Below are positions 10,307-24,643 of a stretch of DNA of 64,000 nucleotides, one piece after another. The translations under genes and the position numbers were made by a program. This DNA comes from Lingula anatina. Lineage: Eukaryota; Animalia; Brachiopoda. Positions within the stretch are counted from its first letter, which is position 1; every line of letters begins with the position of its first letter. The notes below the pieces were generated by a model. That model saw only the letters and a list, made by a program, of their open reading frames with translations. It made no database searches and was not told the origin of the DNA. Where the stretch lies: NCBI GenBank assembly GCA_051362555.1, contig CM120640.1, positions 42,014,788 to 42,078,787 on the forward strand. Direction: 5' to 3'.

Positions 10307-13300
10307 ATGTCGAGGGCAGATTTAGATAGCATCCAACGTCTTTTGAAGCTTGTTATTCAACGCCATCAGGTAAGTTTTCTTTTGCAAAACTGCAATCAAT
10401 GGGGAAACACGGAGTCCATCCGCTTGTTGTCAGATGCATAATAGTGTTTCTTGTAAAATATAAATGCATCTTCATGATATTTTTTACAGTTTATAGACTT
10501 AATATTTTTGTTGTCCATATGTATATAGATATATACATAAAAGTCAATATTCATGGTATAAAAGTTTTATCATGTGCAAACAGGATTATTGAGCATTTTT
10601 CTTGGGGAAGGAAAGGGGGGGGGGGTGGAGGATGAGAAAGGGACATAAAACTTGTCCTTTAGCTATTTTATTTGTATTTGTGTAGTACACATTTTGAGAA
10701 CCAACTAACCAAGATCAGTCTTTAATTTTTCAGTTGCAATTTTTATTTGTTTGATGAACTTTACTTTTATTCCAATTCATTAACTGCTTCAGTAGCTTAA
10801 ATCTTATCTGAAGATGGCCTATTAAGAACATGGTTTTAGGAACAGAGAATGAGGCTATTTTTTTAGGGGGGGGGGAGAAATGGTGTCATATATGAAAGCA
10901 ACTATGGTTCTAACATGCTTAAAATATTTTTTTCATTTAATTGAATAGCCAAATAAATCAGGATTGCCCAAACACATGAGCTGGGGTCATGTTAACAGTT
11001 TTAAATGTTAAAACATCATAGTTGCAATTAGTGCCCACTTATTGCTTCACATATAATAGGATGTCTAATACACACTTCAATTCCTTTTGTCCTTTGCTTT
11101 AATAGAGGCATAAACTATAATGACTTGATCTTGGCTGGTTGAGTCAGTTGCAAACGATAGCTTGCTGTTTAGAGAAAAGTTTTTTTTCTAACATTTGCCT
11201 TTAGGTTGAAGCTCTCATGTACAGTGCCATTCACAAATGATTTTTGTCTTTGGAAGCCTTGCAACACGCCTATGGAATTTGATATTTTTGGAAAAAAGCT
11301 TTCTTGTGTGTTTTTGTCCTAGAAAGAAACTTTGCACTCGGGTGGATTTTTCTGTACAGCACTTATCAGTAACCAGCGACAATACTCATGACTTTTTAAA
11401 TGTTGGTGCTTAGGGAAATCTTCACATTGTTGTATTTCAGCTTACAGGTGATGGAAACAAAGCCCCCCCCCCCCCCCCCCCCCCCCCCCTTAATTTTTTT
11501 TAAAGACTTACATAATGCCATACTTAACAAAGTTTGATTGACTATTTATTTAGTCCAAGGTGTTAGTAGCCACTATTTGAAATACAGAACACAAAAGAAC
11601 CAAACTAAAAGTACAGAATAAAACCTGGTTTGCATCAGCCATGCTAAAATAAATGAATAGTCTGGCAAACTAATTAATTCCATGAGATCACATCGGAAAT
11701 GTTTCCTGGGTGCTTACCTTTTGGTCTTTTAGCGTATTAGTAGTTGGTTTTTGGGGATGCACTATACAGAAAAAACCCTCAAATGTAAAGCTTTCTTCCA
11801 TGGGGCATAGGGAAACTTTCTTTGCATATGGCAAAAATATCGAATACAACAGATATTTAGTAATATTTTATTGATGATAATCATTAATTGGAAGTAAATA
11901 TTTTAAAGAAACTGACACATTTTTCGTCTTATGACAAGACCATAATTAGGCTGAATACCCATTGGCCGTAGGGTGTTGGCTGAGCTGTGAGCAATTCTCA
12001 CTCTAGGTAAATGTAGTACTAGTAATTAACTCCACTAGTACAAATCTTGTAACCATGAACAGTCTAATAGAAAACTGCAGATATTGGCTGCATAAACTAA
12101 TGACTTGCTAGCGAAGCACTTTTTTTTTACTTGGCCAAATCACTACTATTTGGTCACTTTTTCTCCAAATGGTTAAAATTTGCCTAAAACAAGTCAAATC
12201 AAACTGTTTTGTTATGCCAGTTTAAATCAGTTTTAGCTGAAAAAGTTTGCAAGTGTTAAAATTTTTATTTAACAATTCAAAAAAAGTGTGTACTAATATG
12301 GCTTTTTCTGTTGCCTTTAATACTCAATATCAGCAACACCTTAATCCATTCATTCATTCATTCATTCATTCATTCATACAAAAAGCTCCAAACTCATTTA
12401 CCAGACATGCTGAAAATTGCCGGCCGCCGGCCCTTGACCCACCAATCGGGGAGTCGGGCCGACAATATTCTTAAAATTTTAGTGTATGTTGGCCCAATTT
12501 GGCCGGCAATAATTTCTGACTCACCTAGTACGGTTATTAATTTTTCAAAAATCTTACACCCAGTATGTTTATTAACTACCTATCGTACCGGTGGGAAATT
12601 ATACAAATACAAGTCACGCTTTTTATTTTCTTAAATTGAAGTATAATGAGAAGAAAATCGAGATCTCAACTCATTACCTACTGTTCGACAAACAGCACTG
12701 GAAAGTAGGTCAAGCGGAAGTCGCTCTCTGAACACTACGATACATGTGTTGTCTGATTTCAGTTTCTATAAATAGACGTGCTTTCCCTTCAACAGTGACA
12801 ACTACTCATGTATCGAGCGAATGATGTCATGTCGCAAGGTGATAGGATAATATTTATAACTAACGAGGTCGTTTCAAGTGCTGCAAAGAAGTTGTGTCTG
12901 TTTTCAAACGTCAATTATTTCATGCGGATTTATGATTTAAACGATGTTAAATCACACTTCTATGTAAGATAAACCCTAAGATCTAGGAGTTTACAGGTAT
13001 GCAAAACAAACCTTATATCTGAGAATAAATTTACTTTGAATAACGTCTCCTAACAGCGTATGGCTATCGGAGGCGGCTTTGGTGTGTCTTCGGACCCTGG
13101 CAATTATGAAATTGAACTCGTATCCGTGGATGCTGTTCACACGAATGTATTATATATTTTCATCATTAGGTGGTGAAAAAAATGACATTTTGATACATTA
13201 TTCAGAACGTATGGCATTTTTTTTTTTTTTTGAAAATAAATTAGATATCCTGTTTTCAATATAAATAAATTATAATACTGAGTGAATTTTACCTGCTGAA

Positions 13301-14797
13301 AGTTTTTTTTTTTTACAATGATAAATAGTTTTTTTTTCTTTCTCTTCTTCTTCTTTATTTTTATTTATTTTTTTTTATTCCATCCAGTACTTTTATTTTC
13401 TTTCTCTTCTTCTTCTTCTTTATTTTATTTATTTATTTTATTCCATCCAGTACTTTTATTAAATTTCGAGATTTTTTCCACCCAGTACTTTTATTCCATC
13501 AGTACTTTTATTAAATATTATGATTTTTTCCTTCCAGTACTTTTATTCCATCAGTACTTTTATTCGATACTTCAGAGTAATACAATTTACTGTTAAGCTC
13601 TATATAATGCAAGTTAAAGTCATTGTAGGTTGGGATAATTTGACATTTTGTCTAAAGCTGCTGTAAGAAACTCAAAACTTGGAAAAGTGCTCTTGGGTAG
13701 TTTAGACAGATGATTTAGCTCAGGTAAGGCCTGGTTTAAGGTTAGTCTAGGAAAATTGCAGTTTACCTATGGAAAATTTGTTTTCTGTGAGTTTTGATGC
13801 CTTTTTGGCCCTTCTTTTACCTTTAAGTCATATATTACCCAGAAGTTATCTGAGCAGTGTCTTCAATAAAAGATCTTTTCAAAGATGCAGTTATTTGAAT
13901 TTTAATCACCTAATTGCTACTCAACTGTCCTTTTAAAGTGTATAAAGCAGAAGTTAAAAGTGCACAGTTTTTATGCGAAATAGGGTAAATATACAAATTA
14001 ATGCGAAAAACATTTGGGCCGGCAATATCTTGTCCGGGCCTACAATATTCAGATCTAAGCAGGCCAATTGGCCTGCATTGCCCTCAGAGTTTTCAGCATG
14101 TCTGATTTACCAGATCATATTTGGATTTCCTCTGGACTGTGCTACATTTATCAACATTTTACGTGGTTCTTCATGCTAAGTTTTGATTTTCTCAACATCT
14201 ACTGATTCAGAATAAATATATAAATAATTTTTTTTTCTTTTTTAATTGAGCATATTGGAGTCTGTCTTTATGAATGCTTATATATAGTTTTGTTAAGGTA
14301 CTGACTTACATTAAAAAGACATTTAAGCATATTGCGCCTCCATTTCACCTAACATCTCATCTTAATGTGGCACTGAAAAAGTAGTTTGATTTATGTTTTG
14401 TGGAACATTGAGTTTATAACAGTTTAGTTTTATAGGTTTTAGTTTATGCTTTGTGTAAACCCAAATTCTATTGCTAGTACTTTCTCCAGATTTATTAAGA
14501 TTTGAACTTTTTTTCAGGTTGTGGTATCACAGATGAAAAATGACCCTCAGGTAAATAAAGATGGCCATTTGATAAGGATTCTCATTGAATACATTTTTTT
14601 TTGTAAATCTCTCTGTTATCTTTTACACCAAGTATGTACTTGATGTCAGCAAATGGCCTCAAGTAGACTTGTGCTGTGCAGGGATTTTTTAAATTTCTAA
14701 ATGCCAATTAGCACCAATTACCAACCATTGGTTATTTTAGTTATTTTTTTTTTAGCTATGGAGTTTTATCAAATTAACATCAGATTCAACAAACAGC

Positions 14798-14846
<49 letters not shown>

Positions 14847-17800
14847 GACCTTGTGGTTTAACTGGTTTTAACATCAACTGATATGATATGGATTCATCTT
14901 AACTATATTGCACACAATGTCTTCCTAGTGGAGTGAATACCTAGTTTCAAGGTTAGTTTGCAGTAAATTGATAGAGTGAAAACCACCAGATCACACTTTC
15001 AAATGTGGTCTATCACCTGGAAATGAAATGCATTTCAAATCTCTAGTTACTGTCAGACCCACAAACTGTAAGATTTTGGTCTAACAAAAAGTCTTCTGCT
15101 TGAACCTCTTTGTTAAAAGTATGCTTCTGTCATTATAATATTTTACCACATATGAATATAATGCAATTACTGTATGCAGAGGTGCCAACATATAACATGC
15201 AAATTACAAATATCTAGGCTCCCACTTAAAGTTTTTTACCAGTTGATGAGAATGTTTAATTTTTTGGAAAAAAAAAATTATAGATTTATGAATTAAATTA
15301 AGTATGGATTTTGGAAGGAGAGTTCATTGGCTTAATATGAGTGTGATCCAAGTGTTCTGATGTATTTATCAGCAAGGTGACATCCATGCAGATCATTATT
15401 AATTTTCATATTAGTTTGCTGTGATATCATGAAACAGACAATTTGTACTGTATGAAAAAAAAGGTAAAATCACTTAGTAAAAGGTAAAAGCTCTTTTGTT
15501 TTGGCTTACTGTATGACAGCATTGTTCCTTTTAGTAGAAAAAAATGGATGTTGTATACAATTTTGTTTTCTGAGAGTTATCATCATCATGTCACATTTGC
15601 AATTTTATTTGAAAAATGATTTTGCATGTGTGTATGTGTGTGTTAGCCCAAAACCTTTTAGTTTCTATTCTGTTATATTTTATGCTAAAGCATTGTACTA
15701 TCATATTTTATTTTTAGAATGTAGACCTGCAGAAACAGTTGCATGAGCTTCAGGCAGAAATACAGAAACTAAGCCAACAGCAGGTAACACATTTATTCTT
15801 AAATATAAAATTTCATATCCCGTCAAAACCACCTGTAAGAGTAAATTATAGGATATTGTTATCATCTGGATGTTTTTCATGCACATGCTGTCTTATAGTA
15901 CTTTAAGTGAAAATTTTGTTTGATGACTTTATCTTTTATAGAGAGCAGTTGTTCAACAGTTGAGGAAAGAACTGGTCAACAAACAGTCGATGTCAGATTC
16001 ACTCAATAAGCAATCTATGGTGAAAGAAGGGCTGCAGCAAAACAAACAAATACCGGTGAGGCACTAATCACTTGGCATATTTAAAAGTAGATAACAGTGT
16101 CCAGTAAAGCACTCTAGTCAGTATTTTTTCTGTGGATTCAGATATGTTTTAATAATATTACCCTTACATTTCTTTGCTTAGATGAACTTGGATATTTACA
16201 TCGTAGATAAGTCCACTTTTCTTAATACAGCTCTCTTCTTGGGGCCATTTACCTCACCATTGGCAGAAAATGAATACATTCTGTTCCCCAAAGTATTTTG
16301 TGAACCAGGCCTTGCAATGTGCAGGCAGTTGGCAGGACAAGAAGGGAATTACATTTGCTCCTTTTCTCAAGCTTAGCTTGATCCAAGGTTGCACAGAGGA
16401 GCACCTTGAGAAGAGTTGACTTTTCTTTGAAGTAATGCACCTCGATCTTAATATTAAATTTTTAGCCTGATGTCATTTCATAATATTAATTTACATTTCA
16501 TAAAAAATGGCAGGTTCCAACATTTCTGTATAGTTGGTTTTAACGTTATAGCCACATTCTTTTGTGTTCATGCATTTCAGAAAAAAGCACCCTCCAGTAC
16601 TACTTCTTGCAGCACTACCAGCACAGTAGCTAAAAAACCTGTGGGTCAAGCAAAAGCCTTTCAACGTAACCCAAGTAGCACAACAACAGGCCTTACCTCT
16701 AAAAATGGCAACTCTCCTCAAAGGGGGAAGTCATCTCCAACCACTGTCAAAGTATCGCCACCTAGAGGAAAGTCCCCACCTATCCGTGTCCCCCAATACA
16801 CACCTCACAGGCCTTCCATTTTACAGGTATAATTATTTGAAATTGTTCACATTTCTTACATGTGCCTCAAAAATAATGATGCTTGCAGTTTCCAAATTGA
16901 TATCAGGACTACGCATACTAATTTTTTTAATCCACAAACTAAAAAGTAAGTGATTTTGTTAAAAAGTATCCATATGGGAAAAAAAGGAATTTCTACAAAA
17001 TTTTTGTAGCAATTTTAGAAATACTTAAGAGTGAATAGTATTCTTACTTCATGTTTGTGAGGCAATTTTTGTCAAATGGTTGAATTGAAAATGTTTCATA
17101 CTTGCTGTAACAATATTTTTATTGCCTGTAGGGGAGACCAACCCTCTTCAGTGGTAGCACAACCACAGCTGCCAAACCAGCCTCCACCAACAATGCTCAA
17201 GTACCCCCTGTGAAGAGAGCTACTACAGAACCTGGCAGTGACCACAAACGTAGAGTGCCTATTGACACCAAGTCTCTCTCACCAGAACAAAGACAGGTTA
17301 GAGTTACAATTGTGGCAGCAATTTTTTTATCAATAGTTAAAATGAATACTATCTAGTAGAAGATAAAGTTGTTTTCATGAATGGCATATGGTTCTATTGC
17401 ATCTTTGTTGTATTTCAGAAAGTAGAATACATGGCTTCTCTGGAATTGATCACACAAGATACTTTGAAAGGTGGGTGAAAAGATGTATTTAGAATCTATT
17501 TGTTAATGCTTTTTAAAAACTTTTTGTGCTTTATAACATAATACATAAATAATAAGTAATGGCCTTTGTTGTAGAACTTGGTACATCTCCACCAAACCTG
17601 TGCAGAAGTAGTAAATTAATGTAAAATGATTTGGTATCTTACACTTCTGTTGAAAATGCAAAAAGTATAACTACTTGTGGAAGGGTTTAATAATATCCTG
17701 CCTCAGGCATGTAACTATGCCTAACTATGACCATTTCCTTGCGGTGATTTGGAAAAGCTGTACTCCACTTTCTTCCCTTTTATGCTGTGTTTGGGGTTAA

Positions 17801-20800
17801 TAAACAACTGTTATTCTTTAAGAATTGCAAAATAGAAGATCAGAAAGAAAAAGAAGAAGCACTGCAAATCCCCAGTTTAGCTATGGAAATTTTGAGCCAG
17901 AGGTAGGTGACTGCTGTATGTATGTATGCATGCATGCCCTCCATTGTATACTTTTTTCCCAAAAAGTATATTTATACATAATTCTTCGAATTCTATTATG
18001 AACTTAAATAGTGACTTTGACTCATATTTACACATACACACACAAAAAAAGCTGCATAGCAACTTGAATTGTAGTATTGACATAAAAAATCCCTTCACTC
18101 TGTTTATGCAAGCCAGGAGCATTGTTCACCAACTCAATTGGTTTCACAATTGGAAGTGCTCGTAGCTGAAAAGATTTCCAGAAGCGTGTTTCACACTTGT
18201 GTGTTAAGCTTTGGCTGGTAACTTTGTGAAAGCAACTTGAGAAGCCGAACCGTTCGATAACTAAGATTTTAGTCTCAAAACTAACTTTAAACCTTTTGTA
18301 AAACAAGCACAAGATGTGACAAACATACACAATTCATTGGTCTCATGAGACCACAATCTGTGTACAGTGGACGTTTTTGCTTGCTGTGTTATTTCTACAC
18401 ACCAGTGTTTTATTTCATATTTCTTTTTTTACTTTTGCATGGGGAATGAGACTTGTAAGATAGCATTCTTTCTTGCATCCGTTTCACAAACAGACATGCT
18501 TTTTGATGTTGTGTAGCAGCAGTTGATGTTGTACTTCTCATCTAGCGGAAGAAGGTCACAGCCACCTACCTCTCTCCACTAATGCAAGGGGTCAAGCGCC
18601 CAAGGGGTCGACCCCCTAAAAATGGCTACTCTCCAGCCAATAGTAGGCCAGGGACTCCTTCAGGTAGCAGAAGTAGTTTGGCTGAAGAAGATGTTGATGA
18701 TGTTGATGATGATGAAGATGATGAAGGAGATGAGGTATTAGTTGTAAGATAAAATTATTCTCACTGTGATAGATATGCTTTTAGTGTTACCTGTGCTGTG
18801 TTTGAATATTGTCACATGCCGCCCCTGTGCAACAACATTTTAGATGCTTTATCTTGTACTCTTGTTTCTTTATTTGTCTTTAGTTTAAATGGAGTGAAAT
18901 TTATAAACATAATTGTCAGTTTGGTAATTTTTTCAGTAGGTTATAATAAGCATGTTTCTTAATCACAGATTGGTGCCTTCATCTACTTACTGCAATTTAT
19001 TGTCGTGTTTTTCTGTAAGCACCTTTGGTGGGTTAATCACCATAAAATTATTTTACCAGACTGAATCTTTACCAATTTTAAGCATATCTTTATATCATAG
19101 TTTTTAAGAATAAAGAAGGATGCAAGACATTACAAGACTTATTTTTGTTTTAGAATGATGTTCATGAGGACTTCTGTGCAGTCTGTCAGAAAAGTGGTGA
19201 ACTTCTCATGTGTGACACCTGTAACCTGGTCTACCATCTTCAGTGTCTTGACCCGCCCCTGACAGAAGTGCCCTCAGGAATGTGGAGCTGTCCTAAATGT
19301 CAGGTAATAACGTGTCATTTCACTTTTTGACATGGTATCCAACGTTAGTCACATTTGTCCCAAAATTTCGATAATAAAAGTCTTTTCACTCTGACATATT
19401 TACCAAAACCCGATCTTGAGCAAGACAAGATGATGGCTCTTTGAGAATCGCCATAAGCTGAAAAGGAAGTGGATGAAAAAAGGACCTAAATGAGAATTGG
19501 AAGATTTAATCTTTTTATCCAATCAAAAGAATACAGCATTATGCTGTCAACATTCATGCTTTTCAGGGGTCTAGTCTGAATTATGCTATTTTTGGTTAAT
19601 TTGGGAAGAAAGAAGCGGCAACCAGGCACTTCATTTAGGGTCAAAATATGCATGGTTTTGATATTTGCAATGTATGTTTGTACAGCCAAGCACATAGCAG
19701 TGATTGTGTTTCTCCACTAGAAAGACATGTCTTTGTAGCATCAGTGGATAGTGGCGCCCTCTCTTGAGAGAGTGTTAGTAAAACTCCACCCACCTTTCTC
19801 TCTATAATGGTCTCTTGATGCAAGGAATATGTAGCACATAGGAATGGAAAGTTGGTGAAAGTTGATGTATTAAACTTTTAAAAATGTAAAATGTTTATTG
19901 ATGTACGTGGTCCTTCATATAAAACATCTAAGTAATGTCAGATGGAATGGGAGGTCTTTTTGACATTGACTGAAGTTGCAGCTGGGTTTTTTGATTTTGG
20001 GCAATAGAAGATTGTGCACACGTACTTTGTGTTTTAATTGCATTTTTTTTTTCATTTCTGATTTCAGGCGATGGGAAAGGTGCAGCCAAAACAATGGCCA
20101 GGCACTTTGGCATTAGTGCATTCTTACATAGCCTTTAAGTCTAGTAAGTCAGAGTTTAGCATGATTTTGATAATGTTTAAGACCATTAAAAATCACTTGA
20201 TTCTCAAATATTTAAATAATTCATAGGAATGAGCTTTCTTGAATACCAAAAAAGTTAAACATTATTTTAAAATAAATTTTGAATTAGGGGATTGGTTTAC
20301 ATAATTTGAATAAAATGCTATATAAAAAGCCATTAAACTGCATCAGTTGCAATAATATTTGTCAGAATTTTATAGTGAGCTTTGGGGTTTGTAGTGGAAA
20401 CATAACAATTAGTTTTGCATTTCAAGAATATTAAATGAGAAAAATGTACTTGACATAAGAGGGTAAAGCATCATAAATCCAATCAAAATCCATTTTGCTG
20501 AAATATTTTGGGTCAATAAATAGACATCTTTACCCTAAAGTTTTTGCTGACGTATTGAATAAATCTCATTATTTTACTTTTCAGGTAAAGAGGAAGAGAA
20601 AAGAAAATTACAAAAGAAAGCTATCGAGCTTGAAATTGAGAAGAAAGAGCTAGAGAAGCGAGCAAAAGAATATTCCAATTCTATAACAGTAAGACATTTA
20701 GTGTTTTTGAACTTTCAATGCAAGAATATTGATAATAATTAAGTCTGTTTCCAATAATTCCATTGATTCAATGTGAATGTTGGGAGAAATATGTGTGTAA

Positions 20801-20961
20801 AAATGTCTTTGACATCTCCACCATACATTTCTTGTGACTAACATTTTCACTGACATATGATATGAACTTGAATCTTATTTGTTTTACCTTGATATAATCA
20901 ATTGGTGGGACAATAGTCTCTTGCATATAAACTTTTGATATTATTATAATTATTTATTTTT

Positions 20962-20992
<31 letters not shown>

Positions 20993-21133
20993 TTTTTGTA
21001 ATAAATACTTTGATTTAAATTCCTTCAGGAACAAATGGTGCACAAGGCGCAGTTTCTGCGAAATAAGAAGGATTCTCAGAAGTCACTGGAAAAGCTGAAC
21101 AGTTTTGTCCGAGTTTTTCAGTCAGGTTCATGA
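10307..21133 (+). CDS. PHF21A: PHD finger protein 21A/B (BHC80) orthologue, 13 exons, about 480 aa
   Basis: Exons 10307-10369, 14518-14550, 15718-15783, 15942-16055, 16581-16826, 17132-17296, 17419-17470, 17823-17902, 18546-18734, 19154-19303, 20068-20143, 20585-20688 and 21029-21133 sum to 1443 nt in frame. N-terminal coil ([28 protein letters not shown]), [12 protein letters not shown]-hook [12 protein letters not shown] finger ([33 protein letters not shown]...WSCPKC), [12 protein letters not shown] and a C-terminal coil. Confidence 0.96.
12402..14104. mobile_element. Non-autonomous TIR DNA transposon in PHF21A intron 1
   Basis: Perfect 15-bp TIR CAGACATGCTGAAAA / TTTTCAGCATGTCTG, subterminal GGCC-rich repeats (GGCCGGCAATA, GGGCCNACAATATTC) at both ends, and flanking direct repeat ATTTAC. 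Confidence 0.8.
13384..13579. repeat. Array of six YCAGTACTTTTATT motifs, likely the subterminal end of a nested TIR element
   Basis: Motif at about 13384, 13447, 13483, 13499, 13534 and 13551, ending ...TATTCGATACTTCAGAGTA. Degenerate copies lie at about 12525-12575. Confidence 0.65.
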
Positions 21134-24100
21134 GTAGTAACTGTCTTCTTTGGTTCCTTGTATTTCAAAAAGATTTTAATTGATTGGACAGGAAGACAAT
21201 GGAGACTTTTTTTCCCAAGCAAGTGCAATTTTTTAATCTTGAATTATAAATAATTATACTTGAGTGGGCAGTATTTTGGTATTTATTCTCATTGTTACTG
21301 ATATTTTGTGTCAAAGACACCACATCGCTTACTTAAAATAGTTTGGTTTTGTATATTTTGCAACAGCCGTTTTCATTTTTGATGTCAGTATCAACTTCCA
21401 CTTAGGTCAAACATGTATAAATATTTTCAAAATCCATCCTGTGAGGATTTGACAGTCCAGTTGAGTATTTGCCATGGCATTGGGTACTTTAGGGTTTTGA
21501 AAGCTCACATTAGCTCCTTCCCTAACTTGTAAAATTAACATTTATCAAAAAAATTATGGGGAAATATGTCAGCACCATACATATTCAAGAGTCTGTAATG
21601 TTTTGTATGACCCATCCATTCATCAGTCGAATTCATTGTGTTATTTGGTTTGGTCATTATGTACATAGTGATTATGTAGTTGTATATAAGCATTGTCGAA
21701 GGGGTTGGTAAATGAATCAGGCTGTAAAATTGTGCAAGTGTCACCATTTTGCTTTTTGTGGCAAAACTGGTGAAAATGTAGCTTCTTGTTGTCTGAGAAA
21801 GTGAAAGGTAACTATTATTTACTTTTTCACAATTTTACACTTTCAGTAAGAGAATCCATTGTATAATTTAACAAAATATTGTGGTCATGAATAAAACTAT
21901 TTGAATGGATAAAATGTGATGCAGTTGATATCTATAGGCAGATCTTCACAAAACTACCCATCTTGTGCAAAAAAAAAAAAATAAATAAAAAAAAAAATAA
22001 ATAAATAAAAAAGGGAGGGGAATAAGGTAGACAAGAAAAACATTCGGATACAATAAGTGTTTTATATACCCTTTATTCGATTTATTCCTTTGGTACAGGA
22101 GTAATGCATCTTTATTTTCCCCATTAACTTCCATCACAAAACTAAAACCCCATAAATAAAGATGAGTAATAACAGTCATAATTCTTAAAGGTAGAGCTTT
22201 AACAATTTGTTCACTACATAAATATCAAACTTATTTTCAGTGATTCAGAAACAAAATGGATGAGAGCTTATACAACTCTTCAAAAGAAATTCTCTTCGTT
22301 CCATTTCCCTTCTGATATAAATATTGCACCAAAATGCCTGATAAGATTCAAAGGGTGATCCCTGTATTCATGACATTCAGTTTATCATACTTGGAAAGCA
22401 TAACAGACAAATATCAGTTAATACATATCTGCATAAATTCCTGCAGGTTTTAAAATAATGTAGTATACCTTTGGTAAAGTACAGCCTTGTGCTATAAAGA
22501 TTTCATATTGAGATTATACAACTACATAATTCATTTATGTTAATACGAAGGGGTTTAGGTTTAATATTTGAACATATCAAATATAACTTGCCTGCATACA
22601 GTCATTGTTATTTAGAAATGCAGTAGTCTTCTTGTCAATGTCAACCAAGTACCACAAAACTTAATGTTTTAATTTTGTTGTCATATAAAGATATTATCTA
22701 ACTTTTAATTTCTGTTTGTTTAACCATCCAGATGGTACCGTGTAAGAATATATTCTTATCATGTGGAAGACTGATATTTGAGTTCTATTTGCCCTTTGTC
22801 ATACATTTATGGCACTTATGAAGGATACAATACTGCTTCAAAATATCGATTTAGTACATCTTGAAGTGTTCTCTGTTAACAAGTAAAAATATAGAGATTT
22901 AATAAAATTGGACACCAAGGTGCATTTACCTGAAAGTATGCAGCAATATCAACATTTGGTCTCTTATACATGTCTACAAAATGTATCAACAGTTCCCTTC
23001 CCTATCCATCAAGAGATTTCTTGACAGGCAATTATATATTCAAACTTAACATTTTGGGACAATGTAACGCTTTTTAATGCTCTAAAAAAGGTCAGAAAAA
23101 TTCAAAATCCTCATAGCATTAAAATTTTCTACTTTTCAGCTGTAGAGATCGCTGTCTAGTTTGGTTTGTTGGTCTCTGTTCTTATTCCAATGTGCAGAAA
23201 TTCTGGTTCTCTGATATGGTCCCCATGGCTGAGATTATGTGGTAGATATTGAGATCTAAACCTTACTGTTTCATATTTAAGATATTTTATTGGTCTGACT
23301 AGATCCAGATTGTGTGCTCACCAGTTGCTGCATTAAAATGGTAAGAGCAAGAGCAGTTGTGTATCATTCAGATTGAGATAACTACAATTGTAAATGCTGA
23401 TAATGTACTGGCTCCCAGTAAAAACTACAAAAAGAGGGTATAAAGGTTGTGGAAAAGGCAGTGCAAGAATGAAGCACCTACTATTATATCACCAATAATA
23501 TCTTTTAAGTAACACCATATTTAAGTAAATAAATACTGTTAATTTTCATTATATGTGGGTACATAAATACATCCTCTTCACCTTTTGAAGAAAAATCAAA
23601 CTATTCTTTGGTTACCATGATCTCAATATAATAAGTATCACATTTTTAAACATTATTTATAGAACACACGTGGATTCAAAAATAACAGTTTGCTTTTGCA
23701 CTCCAAATAACTGTTTACCTCAGTAACAAGCTAACAGGTAAATAATTTACATTAATTATCACAGTTCATGACTGCTTCCATTAAGCACCCAAAGGCTAAA
23801 TTCACATAATATATTTAGGTAAAGGCCAAACACAAAATTTAAAGCATATAATACTCGCAACTGTTGCCTTTAACGGCTTCTACACTTAAACTGTGACATA
23901 TCAAAGCTTGTCATATTAATGTGCAAAGATGAAAGTCAACTTTTAAAAAACAAATCTGAAATATCCAAGCGCCAAAAGGCATGCAAATCCTGGGAGCTAT
24001 GCACCCTTTCCCACCTTATTTTTTTTAAACAAATATCCGGATTTTCTGATAAATCCCCAAGACCTTAACCTCTAAATATGCTGTATTTTTTAGTTCTTTG

Positions 24101-24643
24101 GCTCTCTGATTTGAATTTACATCATCATGGTACAACAACAGCTCCAGCAAGAAAGATATGCAGAATTGCTATTAGATTTATAAACATGAAAGGAAATATC
24201 CATATAAAATAATACCACAATATTTTAATGCAATTTAAAATAATAATAATAATAATCAGTAGTCATTGTTTACTAATTTTGAATATTTCCTTGGATCTAT
24301 TATAATAGGTCAAAGATATTTCACATCCAATGGTAATGTTTCACATAGTATTATCTCCTCAAAACATGCAAGTAATAAAGGTACATAATCCACGAAAATG
24401 CTTTTGACAATACAGTGCTTGAATTACCAACCAGCTGAAGTGTCATGACTGATAAAATAAATTAAATGATTCAAATGGCCAATTATCAGAGGTGATTCAA
24501 CTATGATTTACAATGGACATTTTGCTACAAAGTCAACTGCCAAAAAAAAAAAAAATACTGACATTATGGATTTGTACTGGTTCTTATGGTAATAAATAAA
24601 GAGATTCACCATTTTGCATCTCTGCCTTAAGCTTTTCTTATTA

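Noticed and set aside
13384-13579. CRISPR-like appearance of repeated CAGTACTTTTATT motifs
   Set aside because: Repeats are only about 14 bp, spacers are irregular and T-rich, the context is eukaryotic, and there are no cas genes.
18420-18460. Neural microexon in PHF21A intron 8
   Set aside because: A pyrimidine tract and UGC are present, but the only AG...GT pair gives a 4-nt, frame-breaking exon with a weak GAG acceptor.
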